Part shown: positions 1 through 12,800 of the stretch, in pieces
Position numbering within the stretch: the first letter of the stretch is position 1
How the letters are laid out: every line of letters begins with the position of its first letter
DNA from: Ramazzottius varieornatus
Taxonomy: Eukaryota > Animalia > Tardigrada
Assembly: GCA_001949185.1 (NCBI GenBank)
Contig: BDGG01000008.1
Coordinates: 1,054,001 to 1,118,000 of the forward strand
Length of the DNA: 64,000 nt
Direction of reading: 5' to 3'
Made by a program: the position numbers and the translations under genes
Notes under the pieces: model-generated
Databases searched by the model: none
What the model was told of the DNA's origin: nothing
The model's input: only the letters and a program-made list of their open reading frames with translations

Positions 1-437
1 AAAGCCATTAATGATGGAGTCCTGGAAAACAAAGCCGTGTGTGACAGAATATCCGGACGAAAAGAAAAGGGCTCAAAAGAGAGGCGAAGTCGTCCACTTA
101 CCATGCTTTCGCTAGCTCCATATACCGCGGCCCTACAAACTTCGCAATCATACTCATTTTGATACGGGAGATCGACTGTGTTCCAGATGAGCCAGAGATC
201 AAGGTAATCAACCAACTTAAGCCCAATAGTACAATGTTTCTGCACCTAGGGAACGTTGCAACTTTCAAACGGGAAGAAAACGTTTTTATTTTCAGGAAAC
301 TTCATCAAGGGCGCAACGGTGCAACTCTCACATCTGATGTCGCACGATCTGAGCCACCCAGACAGTCGGACAGTCATGTCATGCTAAAGTCTGTCATGTC
401 ATGCTGTATTGCCCAGGTACATACGGTACTGTATGTA

Positions 438-2080
438 CGTAGGGGGTTCAATAAGTTTTAAGGCACAGTCCACCTTAAAGTGCTATTTTCCACAGCACGC
501 TTGTGAAAGACAGACTATCTCTTTTAATCACTATCCTCAGAAGATGAGGTACCTGGCACTCGCACAGAAGGAGAAATAGTTTTTTAAAAAAATGCGAAAA
601 ACTGTTTTTCGATTTTCTTCATAAACTCGCGCATTTTGGAATGTTATCCTTATGTTAGCCGCGCCGATGGTGGAAATGTTGTTTCTCGAATATCTAAGAT
701 GGATGCTTTTCTAGCGCTTCGACAAAACAGCAACTAGAGTGTCAAGGGAATACAGAGTGAAAACTTGCTTTGATCAGGGATGGAAACCTGGCGGAGAGAA
801 CAGAAAAGTTTGCAAAATCCGGCTGGTGATCAGGTAACGCACCACCTGATTTTCCCCCGTTTCACTTGCGCATTTTCACTTTGTGCAAAAATGAAATTTC
901 TTCTCAAGCCCTGACAGCGGTCAAGACTTCCCTCTGCAGTTCTGCTCAAACTAGTCACTAGACATCCCTCTTTCATCCAGTGCTGAAGGCAAACTTGAAC
1001 GGACAATCGGGAAGAAACTACATAATTTCTTCTAAAACGCGGAGCCCTAAAAAACCTCCCTCCATGTACCTCACAACATTTTTTTAACGGATGACTCCCC
1101 AGCCTAGGCTCTAATTGTGCCGGGTTGCCCATAAGTTACTCTATACCCGAGGAAAAAAACTGCAGAGATGGAACGAGCAGAGAGATTAGGGGAGGCAGAG
1201 GAACCGCTGTATATACCGTAGAGGCGCAAAACATGGAAGCGGTAGAGGCACTTACCACTCCGGCGAACAAGACCATTGGTCCGATACGCACAGAGGCCAC
1301 GCCCCGGCAGACTCGGTTACATTACGGTCACTCGACTGTTAGATTGATAAGATTCCTAGGTCATACAGTTTAAGACAAGATTAACCGTTAAAAATGGGCG
1401 TAATACTGCAGCTGGAGGTTATTTACGACCCAGCCAATGAGAATCATATTTCATCCATCTGGCTCCATCCAACACCCGAGTTTAACGGTGTATTTTGTCG
1501 TACAGTGCACAGCGTCCAAGCACGATGATATGGAACCGTGCAGACTCAACAGGACACTGCAATGCCAACGTCCACCAGTAGTCCGAGCGTTCACAGGTTG
1601 CGAGGAGAAAGCAGCAGATGGAAGGAAGCTAAGAAGCTTCGTCGAGCACGGGATGTCAAGCTGCTTACGCAATAACCTGGTGATTTCATTCAGAAGTGAT
1701 TTATGTATCACGTGCCTCGCTCACCCGTGAGCCATGTTCGTTTGCCCACGTGGTTCGATACTTACGGTAGCAGCTGCGCAGTGAGCCGTATTCAGGTGCT
1801 TGCCGGACCTACGCCACAAACGCAGGCGCTTCATGTACCTGCATATATTGTTGATGGGCAACGACTCGATCTCTCAGGTAAGGCCGAACTGTCGGTTTGT
1901 CCAAGCAGCTAAAGGTCATCCATTTGACCTCGACCTGAAATAGTCGCTAGTCCGGCAGTGACTTTAACATTGGAAGACTGGCGTGACGTACGTACGCGTT
2001 CCTCTACCCCCTCTAGTCTCTCTGGAACGAGCACAGAATTTTTGGTGAACACAGCTTTAAAACTTATTGAACCCCCTATG
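438..2080. mobile_element. Tc1/mariner-type non-autonomous element (MITE), copy 1, interrupted by a nested element
   Basis: TA|CGTAGGGGGTTCAATAAGTTTTAA ... TTAAAACTTATTGAACCCCCTATG|TA: 24-bp TIR with 1 mismatch and a TA duplication (436-437, 2081-2082). The interior aligns in inverted orientation with 61828-62612. No transposase ORF. Confidence 0.9.
1180..2022. mobile_element. Mutator-like (MULE) non-autonomous element nested in the MITE
   Basis: 11-bp direct repeat TGGAACGAGCA at 1169-1179 and 2023-2033. Imperfect 25-bp TIR: GAGAGATTAGGGGAGGCAGAGGAAC vs reverse complement GAGAGACTAGAGGGGGTAGAGGAAC (21/25). A 9-11 bp TSD with G-initial TIRs fits Mutator. The second MITE copy has only one copy of the target. 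Confidence 0.8.
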
Positions 2081-3180
2081 TAATACAGTATGCCAATCAC
2101 GCAGTGTGGAAATAACCACTGGACAAACGCAAAGAGATCCGTAAATAAGCGTCCAGACGCCTTCTCCTGGAATTCTTTCACTTCGAAGTATGGTACAAGA
2201 CTACAAGACAAGAAAGTACAATGGATGGTTTCTCGACGTCGCCTGTCTGATGAAGATTTGCGACTTGTTACGGCATCGCCGGCTTCTCGGGTCTGGATGG
2301 CCGGGACTAACTGGGCTTGTTTTAGAAGCTTTTGTTTTAGATGTTACACGGGAATTTCTGTGTAGTATCTGTTTGCTGTTGTTGTATCGCTACTTCGTCA
2401 TTTTTTGAGCGTAGATTATTGTCTTCAGTAAATACACATCACAAAGTGGACTTGCTTGCAAGGTTACAAGAGCTGCCATTACGTCGACATGCATCTAAAC
2501 AGCGTAAGTTAGAGTTCACTTCCTCTGGCTTTCCGTTCGTAGCCGATTTTGTTGACAGATTATCCGCCATCAAGGCTCCTGGACGAGATTTATCTGCCTA
2601 ATCACCTCCAATGCCACGCTTGAGCAACGCATGGCGCGGTTGGAGTATCGTGAATAAGTTTACAACTGCAGGTCTTCGGTTGGCTTTACCCGGCAACGGT
2701 GTTTGTACGCCGTGTGGCCTAACGCTGTTCCATTTCTCTCCGAAATTGTTGTCATCCTTTCCCGGTAACGGGCTCATTACAGTACTTACCTGAACGGTGA
2801 TGGCTGTAGTATGCTTGTAGAACCGGAACTGGATCAACGAACCTTGGCGTTGTCACGTGTACCTTGTGAAGAACCTCTATGATATTATGCAGGTGTCTGT
2901 TATTATTTGCTGCGGTAAAGTGTAGTTTGTTTACTTGTGGAAATCGGCAAAAGGCTCGTTTGTGAGGTCTGTTCTCTGCAAACGTGCCGCATTGTGATGT
3001 TGGTTTCCCAGCAGTATTTTTCGCTTGTTGGCGATTCCAAAATGTATGCTCGAAGGTCGCGCTGCAAGCTGGATATTTTCCGTCTCATTTCGAATGAGTT
3101 CCTCAAAACTTGATCTTTCTCGATGTCGAAAAAGTTACTGTTGTTCTGGAATACTGCCATTCGATAGCAAGCGGAGAAAA

Positions 3181-6104
3181 ATGCTTGTGAATATTGTGAC
3201 GGTTGGCGTTGGATTTATTGTTTTAATCTTCTACTTTGGTCTTTCTCCCTGTGGAATAACTGCAGCCAGTACGGACAGCAGAGCTTCCTGGATAAGGAAA
3301 GTCAAAAATGTCGATCCCGATTCTCCCTGCCCGAGGTAAGACTGCAAATTTGTTGGCGAAATTTTGTGAATATGGTTATTTATATATTGAGTATTTACTC
3401 ACCTAAATCATTCAAATATCTTGATTGTAGTTATAATTTCTAATTTTCCAAGAATAGTTGCTCAAAAGGTTTTCGTACGATAATTTTATTCTTCCTATAT
3501 GCAATCTTCTTTTTTCTATCTTCCAAGTTTCTTACTGCGGTTGAAATCGTTCCTGGTTTTATTGCAGTCAAGTTTTCTGTGATGGACCCTTACTGCAAGC
3601 CGTGCAACAGTTGCATATGTACCGAGACTCCAAATCATATGTGGACAAGCCGTTGAATAATCGCTCGGAAAAGGCAGTGCTGCGAAATTTCAACCAAATC
3701 AAAGAGCCGGTAACGAAAGAAACGCTGAAGATGTTCCTGGACGAAAACTTCTTACCTATAGGATCAGAGCTGATAAGGTACCGACCAGCGGACTGGAAAA
3801 ACATAGCAGAAGGAGGTCTCCCGTTGCACAAGAATATCTCCGATGACAGTCTGCAAGGCTTTGCCGAAATCATCCACGACAAATGGGAAAAGCTGGGCCG
3901 GACCGTACGTACGTAAAATTTAAATTGATCCTAAAAGCGAGAATCTTCTGAAAGTGATGAAATACTGCTGCATTCAAGAAGTAGAGCAGCATCTCCTTCG
4001 GGGAAATACACGTAAAACTGTACGGGAAATGCGTTTCTCTGATGGGTTCGCGCACGTGTCCTGTGTTTGCTTTGCAGTTGTGCTCGTGTTCCGAGGGGGA
4101 CGGCAATTTCCTCGTGTAGATCTCCCAATAGCTATAAACCAACGATGTCCATCGTTGTAGTTTTCTTTGGATGTGGCTGAGCATCCTCACCGACATTCTT
4201 TGGTCTACGTTCCCCATCCTTTCATTGTCCCTGGAGGTCGGTTCCGAGAAATCTACTACTGGGATTCGTATTGGGTTATCCAGGGACTTTTGGTTTCCGG
4301 CATGTCGGGAACAGCTCGTGGTATGCTTCTCAACTTCGTAAAGCTAATAAACCGGTAAGTTGGTTGTGACAAAGTCCTTGAGTAACATTTGAACGTAACC
4401 GAAACTGTATAGGTTTGGACACATACCCAATGGCAACCGAATTTACTACGAGAAGAGGTCACAGCCTCCGCTGTTGGCTATGATGGTTGATGTGTATCGC
4501 AAGCACCCGAACACCCCTCCCGCAGATCGCGACTCCATCCTCAAAGAAGTCCTGCCGGCACTCAAGGTCGAACACGATTTCTGGATGACCAGACGCAACG
4601 TTACTGTCAAGGTTGGCGGACAAGAGTATACGATGAACGTCTACCGAGGTGGTATTCGGAAACCACGCCCTGAGTCCTACCGCGAAGATGTCGAACACGC
4701 GGCCAGACTGACTGGTTTCCAAAGTAAGACTGTGTTTTCACAGCGTCCTCGTCATCGTTCAAAAATCATGGCTTCTTCCTCTCCTAGGCAGTGGCGATTT
4801 CTACGCTAATGTGGCTGCCGCTTGCGAAAGTGGACAGGACTTTTCGACGCGTTGGTTGGAGTCTCCGGAAGCCGACTTCAATACTATGCGGACGGAACAA
4901 ATTCTCCCCGTCGATCTTAACGCATTCTTGTGTGCCATGGAAAACTTGATGGGCCAGTTTTACGCTGCTTCGGGTTGGCCTATTCTCCCCCTTTTTTTCG
5001 TTACGAGTTTTCCTCATGCGGTACTGTTCACAGGCGACATGGAGAACGCTGATCTGTATCAGACACTGGCTCTAGCTCGTGGTGACGCCATTCATGCGGT
5101 GTTTTGGAACGAAACAAGATCCATGTGGATGGATTACGACTTAAGAGGTCGTCGACAGAAAGAAATTTTCTACGCGAGCCATATCGCGCCTATTTTCGCC
5201 CGGTGCACGGGAAATAAGGTGAACATCCTGCAGACGAGTTTCATGGAACGAGTAATGAAGTCTGACGACGTAAGTTCTCCAAGCTCATCACAAATTTTAT
5301 AATATTTTCCCTTCGACAATAGTGCGCCATGTGACCAATGTTTGGTTGCAGTTAAAGAAAATCTCCGCATTTCCCGGAGGTTTTCCGCAATCCTTGCAGA
5401 CTCCACGGGCTTCCTGTCAATGGGATTATCCTAACGCCTGGCCACCGAGCCAAATGATGCTTATCGAAGGTAAAAAACTTCTGAAACTAACTTGTTGCAA
5501 GTATGGCGTAAATGTCCGACGTTTATCTGCTATGGACACGGAATGGAATGGTTCAGATCTTTAATATGTTGTCGAACTTGTGTTTCTGACGGTGAGATGT
5601 TTTTCTGATCGAAGGTTTCGCTCTGAACCCGGATCTTCGCAAAGCCGTTATACCATGGGCCCAAAAGTGGCTCTCCGCTGTATACACCGGTTACAAAAAT
5701 ACTGGATACTTCTTCGAGAAGGTGGGCAGCCAAACTCTCCTGAATGGAATGCATATATCATAAGCAGACCGTGACTGAGACGTCGGTATATAATCTCACC
5801 AGATCGTCATCTCAAGTGGCGCACGTTCTCAAGGTTATTGGCTGAAAGCGTGACCACTGGCCAAAACGATCTCAGTGAAATTGTTTGCTGGGCTGAGTGA
5901 CCTCCCCAATAATGTCATACTAACACAAAAATGACAATCTGCTTTTAGTACGACGCACTGAACCCAGGAAAGTATGGCGGTGGTGGGGAGTATATCGTCC
6001 AAGAAGGTTTCGGGTGGACCAACGGCGGTATGCTGCGTCTCCTTGAACTTTACCCGACAGAGCTGACTAGTGCCGAAGTCGACATCGCGGCACCCGGAGC
6101 TTAG
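3181..6104 (+). CDS. TREH: alpha,alpha-trehalase (GH37), N-terminal signal/anchor, ~599 aa, 9 exons
   Basis: Exons 3181-3335, 3568-3904, 4161-4354, 4413-4723, 4788-4973, 5034-5269, 5352-5469, 5615-5721 and 5949-6104 join in frame (1800 nt). Motifs: DSKSYVD, PGGRFREIYYWDSY, PNGNRIYYEKRSQPP, RPESY, ESGQDFSTRW, QWDYPNAWPP, GGGGEY..QEGFGWTNG. Confidence 0.95.
5796..5878. repeat. ~80-bp palindromic intronic repeat, family A
   Basis: ACCAGATCGTCATCTCAAGTGGCGCA is identical to 37621-37646 and the copy ends in an inverted arm (CCACTGG...ACGATCT). Related copies at 13256-13331 and 13743-13811. Confidence 0.75.
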
Positions 6105-9100
6105 CGCCGGGATGTCGCCAGTCGAACTTGATTTCCTATCGAAAGAAGATTTTTATCGCGAAGTATTGAACTGCTTGTTGCGAACCTTGGAATGAACCAC
6201 TTGGTTTGGATATAACTGTGAGATTACCGTTCAAAGTCCTGTGCCTGCCCGTGTGGTCCTAGGGACATTTGCCAGAGTGCGAACTGTGGAGTAACTTTGC
6301 TGAAACTGGTAGAAAATGTGATGTTGCATCATATCATCAAGTTTGTTCGATGAATTTACAGTGATTTTTGATTCATAGTATAAACTGAAAATGTATCGAC
6401 GAAGCCATGATTACAGGTCCACAAAAAGTCATAATTATACTGCAGTACCAAAACTCAGACCTGGCATCTACCTGAATGTGCCCGTTTAACCAACGCCACT
6501 TTCGCAGCGTAGAGTGGATTTGGCTTAATTTAGCCGAACGGACCATGTGATTGGCTGGTCGTACAGCTTTATTCAACCAAGGTGTCCTTTCATTTCAATG
6601 GGCTTTAATTTGGCATAAGCGGTTTGGGAAGCAAAGCTAAGCCTTGAAAACTTTTGGGTTTTTTGCTGGTAGAAAAATGTTGCCCCAGTCATCTGTTTCT
6701 CGCGGAACTTTTAGAAAAATGCCCGTTATATCAGGTTTTTTATTATGGAATTGCCGTTTCACGAACGCCCATTCCAAAAATTTCTGTCTCTGCTCAGAGG
6801 AAATTGTATGATTCCCTTTTTTTGCTGGACATTGTGGACGGTGTGTTCTTTCGTTTGAGATGTGGAAGCTCTCCTTCAGCCTCGTACTTAAATTCTGGAG
6901 CCCTTTTGGTTCGCGACAAAATACTGAACATTGTGACTTCCTCGTTGAAAGAACTGTTTTGTGTACACCAGCGTTTTCAAAAATCCATACCCTATCTCGA
7001 AACGTACTACGGCGTGGGTGCTATATATCGATTTCCCATTTCAGTTGTGATGGAACAAGCCTTGTTCGGATAACTTACAGAGGAAAAAAGGGCTGTAAGA
7101 ACTCAACTTTGACAACAGAAAAGTTTTCCTGTTGCAGGCCCGGGCAGAGCAGATGTTCTCAGACTCTACGTATTGACTCTGGTCACTTTAGCGCATCCAC
7201 CAGAAGTGTCGTTAATTTCATCCATGCAAAATATGGCCGAAGAGAATGAAAAGCTTCCTACTTCACTAAAGTGGCGCACGTTGCTGTCGGCAAAAAGCCA
7301 CCCCGTTTTTCGCACTTCTTTCTTTGCTAAATCCCAAAGGCATTTTTCCTAGCTCTCTTTTCTTTTACTGATAGCTCAGAGCCTCTGCCACAAAACCAGC
7401 CTGCTGCTGGTGCGGTAGTGTGGCTGGCGGCACAAGAAAAAATTCATGAAACGGCCATGGTTTGAAATGTGTCATTATCATTCTGAAATTTTTCTCAACG
7501 TCCGCGTTTCAACGCTGTGAGAAGTACTCGTGGTAGAAACGAGGAGATTTTATTGTTGATGCTGGACATCAGCCGAATTTTGAAAGTCGTATTAGGACGC
7601 AGAAACGAAGTTTTGAAGTGCGATCCCAGAAAACGGCAATTTCATACTGAAAAACCTAATACTTAATCTCATGTCTTTTGATCCGTTTGTTGTAGACGGC
7701 TTCCTTTGGGTAAATTTCATGCCAGGGAAGTTGTTCATCCGTATTATAGTCGTTTTGGTGCATAGTCAGGTAGCCAAGGAAGATCATATTTTTTTTAGAG
7801 AAAAAGGGACAACTTGGCTGAATCGGGCCGTAGTAAACAGGCTTGAAACATTCCGACCGCGAATGTTTCAAGCGTTCGAGAGTTGGAAAAATTCTGATCC
7901 TCCAAAGCCCGAAAACCTGTTTCTTAAACTCACTGAAATGAAGAGAAAGTGACACAGTAAATACACAGGGGGCTCAATGATTCATAAGGTGCCTTCACCG
8001 GAAATTCTGTGGTCCTTCGATCTTTGCAGTTTCTTGCGTGAGGTTAGAGAAACTTGGGAACAATAGGTCAGAGTTCGAGCCTATGGTGCAAAGACTGTTC
8101 AGCTGTCCAACCGAGAATTATCCAACGTCCATGTCCAGCGTCTTGTCCAGCTTTCGCAACATGCACACTGCACAGTCAGGCAGCGGACTGCGTCATCGCG
8201 AGCTCGAAAACGGCAAACGTTGTTCTGCAACTTCTGCTGTAAAGAATGACGCTGTTCCGAATATAATAATAATTATGTAATTCAAACGTGGGAAATCAAC
8301 GATATCTACAACCCATTTTCTGACCTATCTTTACTCGTCGGAAAAAATCGGTCGATGAGACAGAAGCAACGAAAATCTAGCTTGTTCGACTCCTTCAGTT
8401 TCCCCCGTAGTTTCCACCTACCGTATCACCGTTGAGTCAATGGACAAACATGGGTTCCAAGGCGTGTCCGGTTCCCAGTTCAAACCTCAAAGCGATACTT
8501 CATAGTTCTCTCAAAAGAACTCAGAAGAACTTTTCGCTGAGTCGCATCGGACATCCGTTGACAAACATTTTATGCAGTTTTCAGGATCCCAGGTCTTTGC
8601 TGACCCCAGAAGAGTGTTGGTCGCGGTGCACGCCTGTGTCCACCGAGGTCCCAGATCATGGAACGTACTGGGGACCGCTGAGCTGCTGGAGGACCTTCCA
8701 TTTACCTCAGCCGGAGTCCGAGCTTACAGTCGAGTATGGACTTTCATCCTCTTTGGGCTTTGCCCTATCTCTCCTGCATCAACCACAAGTTCAGCCATGA
8801 CTAATGACCACGTCGTGTCAGACCACCGCGTCGCTATACAGCGAAATGTGGCCGCAGTGCAAATATTTACTTTACGTTTACAAAACGCAGGATAGAGCGT
8901 TCTTTCCCACCATCCAGCCATAACATGAGACGCAGCCGAGACATGCTTACGGTGTACAAGTACGAGCTGTCTCTTGAGTCTTGACGTTTCTCATACGCCG
9001 ATACCGTAAAGTGTCAATCGAGCGCTTCTTCGCTGGCGAGTCGTACCAGCCTTGGTAAGTTGAGGAGGACCATCGCAGTCGTCATAAAGTTCCTTGCCAG

Positions 9101-9819
9101 AATCAGAGAGTACAGTCTCGCGAGTTGTTAAAAGATCGTAGCGTAGAACCTGTTGGTAACTTGGTGCTCATATTTCCGTTGGATTTCCTAGGAATCTGAA
9201 TCTTCAAACTCTAGTAGTCCTGTACAACAAGCATAGTCTTACTGTGGGAAGTCGAAATCCTACAACAGCTACTACAGTACTCTCCTGTGTTCGTTGATGG
9301 GGAATTTGGATATTATCCCTTTAGGAATTACTTTATACATCTGGGTTCTTGTATTCCTCCTGTATAGTTAACGCGACTTCCGGATTCCTGTTCCTGGTCT
9401 GTGTTACAGTATTGTGTTATCGTGTACTATATCGGTCACACAATACCCAAACGGCGGCTGAAGCTTATCTGGCACTGGGCATTGGACCAGACCTAACCGT
9501 AAGTCACGCCTTTGCGCGCGCAAGTTCCAGTCTGTCTTGCACAACCATTATGGGTTTTGTTAGAACGCGAAGCGTAAAGGTATGCATGTGCATGCAACGT
9601 TGCGCAAACTTCTGGGTCTGTCTCGAAAGGCAGGCTGAACACTGAGAAAACTCTTCTTCACGATCGAATCTTTCGGTTGCTCCTCATGATTATCTTTCTA
9701 TGGGATCGTCTCTGTGTTTTCGGCTGCATTCCCTCAAGTTTTAACCATTTTGCGTTTGTTTGCTTTTGCAGGGTGATTGGAACTACGAGTGGGATTTTTC
9801 CTGGACGTACCTAGTGAAA

Positions 9820-12800
9820 ATGGTAGTGGAAGACGCGACTGCAGCAGGGCAAGCGGTGAAAATGGATGAGACAGACGCAAAGAAGGCCGGATCACAAATC
9901 GATAAGATGGCTTCCGCAGAACAGGCAGCAGCAGTTGTTCCTGCCGCAAACGGTGCTGCGGCCGGAGAGAAACACGATGGAGATGTGGAAAATTTGCCCG
10001 CTGACGTACAGCAGGTGAGTGGGTGAAAGTGATTCACTGAGAATACAAAACGTGTTCTTGATTGCTGATTGATCACTTAGAACTGCAGTTCAAGTTGAAC
10101 TTTGTTACTTTCAGTTGTTCAGTTTTCTGTGGCTTCGCTCAGTCAGTAATCTTTCGATTTCCAGATTGTTCAGCGTATCCGGTCAGACTCTTTCGCCGCA
10201 CGGGAACGCAAGACATCTGCTCCAGATATGCCAAAGAAACTGCACATATGGAGCTTTTATGGATACTACGAAAATTATGAGGCCGACTCCAAGATTGGCA
10301 AGTTCGAGTTTGATTTTCTCAACCCATATTCTTGATTAGGATCGATCTTGACCAGCTGTCGTACAATCGACGGATGACGGATCTAGCTTGAATAAGCAAA
10401 GCGTTGATTGAAAAGGTTTTCTTGAGGTGATATGTCAAGTCTGTTTGTTCTGTTGCAGAGGTGGAGTATCTGGGTTCCGTCGAAGACAACAAATTCGACA
10501 CATGGAAACTCCTGCTGGACAGCAAGCACATCCTCTGTGAAGAACCTCTGACATTCCTGTCGGAAAACACCTCGGAATTAGTCAAGCAGGCAGAAATCAA
10601 GGAAGATGAACACCCTGAGGTAATTTTGTTTGCAGATTCTATAACAATAAACGCCGATATTCTCCGACCTCAAGGTGTTGCTCGCATGAACCGTTCTCTA
10701 AATCGCTTGTCCGAGCGGTTAGTTAGGGTCGAGAGTAGGATGAGTGAATAAAGATGGAAGGAATTTACTTCGCTCCTTGGAGGGCAGTTCACAGATTTTA
10801 AGTTCGCCAGATAGAAAGAGGGTCAGATCTTGCCGAGACTAGTCAGAAGTGTGGCTCGATTTCTAGTTGGCAGGTACCATATGCATGTGGATCTGTTTAT
10901 CCGTCGTAGCAAGCGCTGAGCACGCGTGAGCAAGACGCGCTGAGCAAGTCGTGTCTTGAACGTGTCAGAACGATGGCAGAACATGGATTCTTTTGGGGTC
11001 TAGCAAAATTGTTTTTACTGTACAGAAACGTATCGCAAGGTTTCATATAATTACGCGAGTTTGAGTTGAGGTGTTTGGGTCTTTGGCAGTGTGTGGGAAG
11101 AAATAGACAGATGATACCGACCGTGGTTACGGTTTGCCGGTTGAAAACTGTCAGTTTCTTCAGAAAACCGGTAGGTAAAGTAAAGCTCTTGGGCATCTTC
11201 ATTTTCCCAAAGCTCTTGGGCATCTTCATTTTCTCAAAGTAAACGGTCAAATTTTGCCCAAGGAAATTGATGAGTATTTCGCTAAATTTTATCGGAATCA
11301 TACTGATAGGATCAAGTCGGTGATTTTTCAGCGTGGCTAAGCGATCGATCGGAACCGGTTCGCTCATAAAAAAACGCTTGTTACGACAACGTACAGCAAA
11401 TCTCCACGTGCCGATGGGACTTTTCCTCGTCGCACTTTGTCGTTTACCAAGACGAAAGTGCTGACGACGACAGTGAGAGCTCGCGAGACTATAGAGGCTC
11501 GTTTGCAGAAGCTCAGTATGTATTTTGAGATATTAGTAGATAGCGTGAAGGACGAACCTATTGACTGCTGCTTCTGCATCCCTCCTCGATAGATTTGCAG
11601 TAGATGATCTAAATCCGGACTTTCAATTGCACTGTTAGAAGACCCTCTCCAGTATGTTAAATTAGACCCGCTTTACAGCTGGTGAAAGTGCTAGGGGGTT
11701 ATTTCCCGGCCTTAGTTTACTAGAAGGCTCGACGGAGCGGAAATTTATTTCGCCGCGGCGAAGAACGGCGAAAAGTGTTATTTTCGTCGATCTTTCTCAG
11801 CGGTGTTGAAAATGCATCCCTTGCGGTGATCACGTGGTCGCATAACATCAGTCAATGATAACTGAGGCCACGTGGACCACCGGAAGGGATGCAGCTATAT
11901 AGTTCACGCTGTAACTGTCTTACGCAGTCGTATAGAGTGATTTATGTCTAATATCTGTCGTGTTTAATGTTTGTTTGTTCGTTTTAGACGTCTTGGGCTC
12001 TCTTCTTCCCTGCCTACCATCAGCTTCGCGAAGAAGAGCGGAAGGGTTCCTTCGCGGACTCGAAACTAGTGGCTGCTATTCTTGCCTTCAAAGACAGCGA
12101 GAACATCCTCCATCGACGTGGCTCCATACCTGACAAGTTCGCCAAGATTGAGAACGTCGGCGGATACATCGTCAACTTCTGCTTGGCCGTCTACACTGCC
12201 CAAGACGCACTCGACAAGAGTCCCAGTGGCAACAACTTGCCTCAGCTTGATCCCGTCGTTGAAGGTATGCATTCGGTGTTGCCTCTCAGATTTCTTTTCG
12301 TACTCTCAAACAGCTTGGGCTATTCAATCGTTTGCTTGTGCTGTAGAAGGGGCAGAGTCGTCCTCAAACACGCCCGAACCTGGTCAAGGTAGTCCCAATC
12401 AGTCTACCTTGAAGCGATCCATCTCCGTCTTGGCCGAGGCGGAACCCGTCACGCGAATCAGCAAATACAAGATCATGGTAGGCCGAAGACCGAGGATTTT
12501 GAACTAAATTTTTGCTGAGTTTCTCGCTGTCTTCCATTCACCGTGAACGTGAGAAAGTACTCCGTTTAAGGGAAGTCCAGGCTGACCGGCAGTATAGCAG
12601 CTGAATATGATATATGTGGTTGCTGTTGTAGTTGCCGATGCCCTTTCACAACATCACAGTGTCGAGCGGGGACGAGCCAAACTCTAGTTCGCAAAACGGT
12701 CAAAAAGAAAACATTGTCAAGAACATGGACGAAAGCAAGACTGCCAAGAGCGACTCCAATGGTAACGGTAGCGCAGCTGGTGGCCATGAAACCACAGTTA

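Noticed and set aside
373-410. GTCATGTCATGCT motif also seen near 21426, 38303 and 52336
   Set aside because: Low-complexity and short; chance cannot be separated from a real motif without genome-wide counts.
6400-8000. AT-rich intergenic stretch resembling an old DNA transposon
   Set aside because: No convincing TIR, TSD or transposase similarity could be found by eye.
10903-11387. Possible degenerate TIR pair GTCGTAGCAAGCG / CGCTTGTTACGAC
   Set aside because: Only 12/13 bp and no clean TSD.
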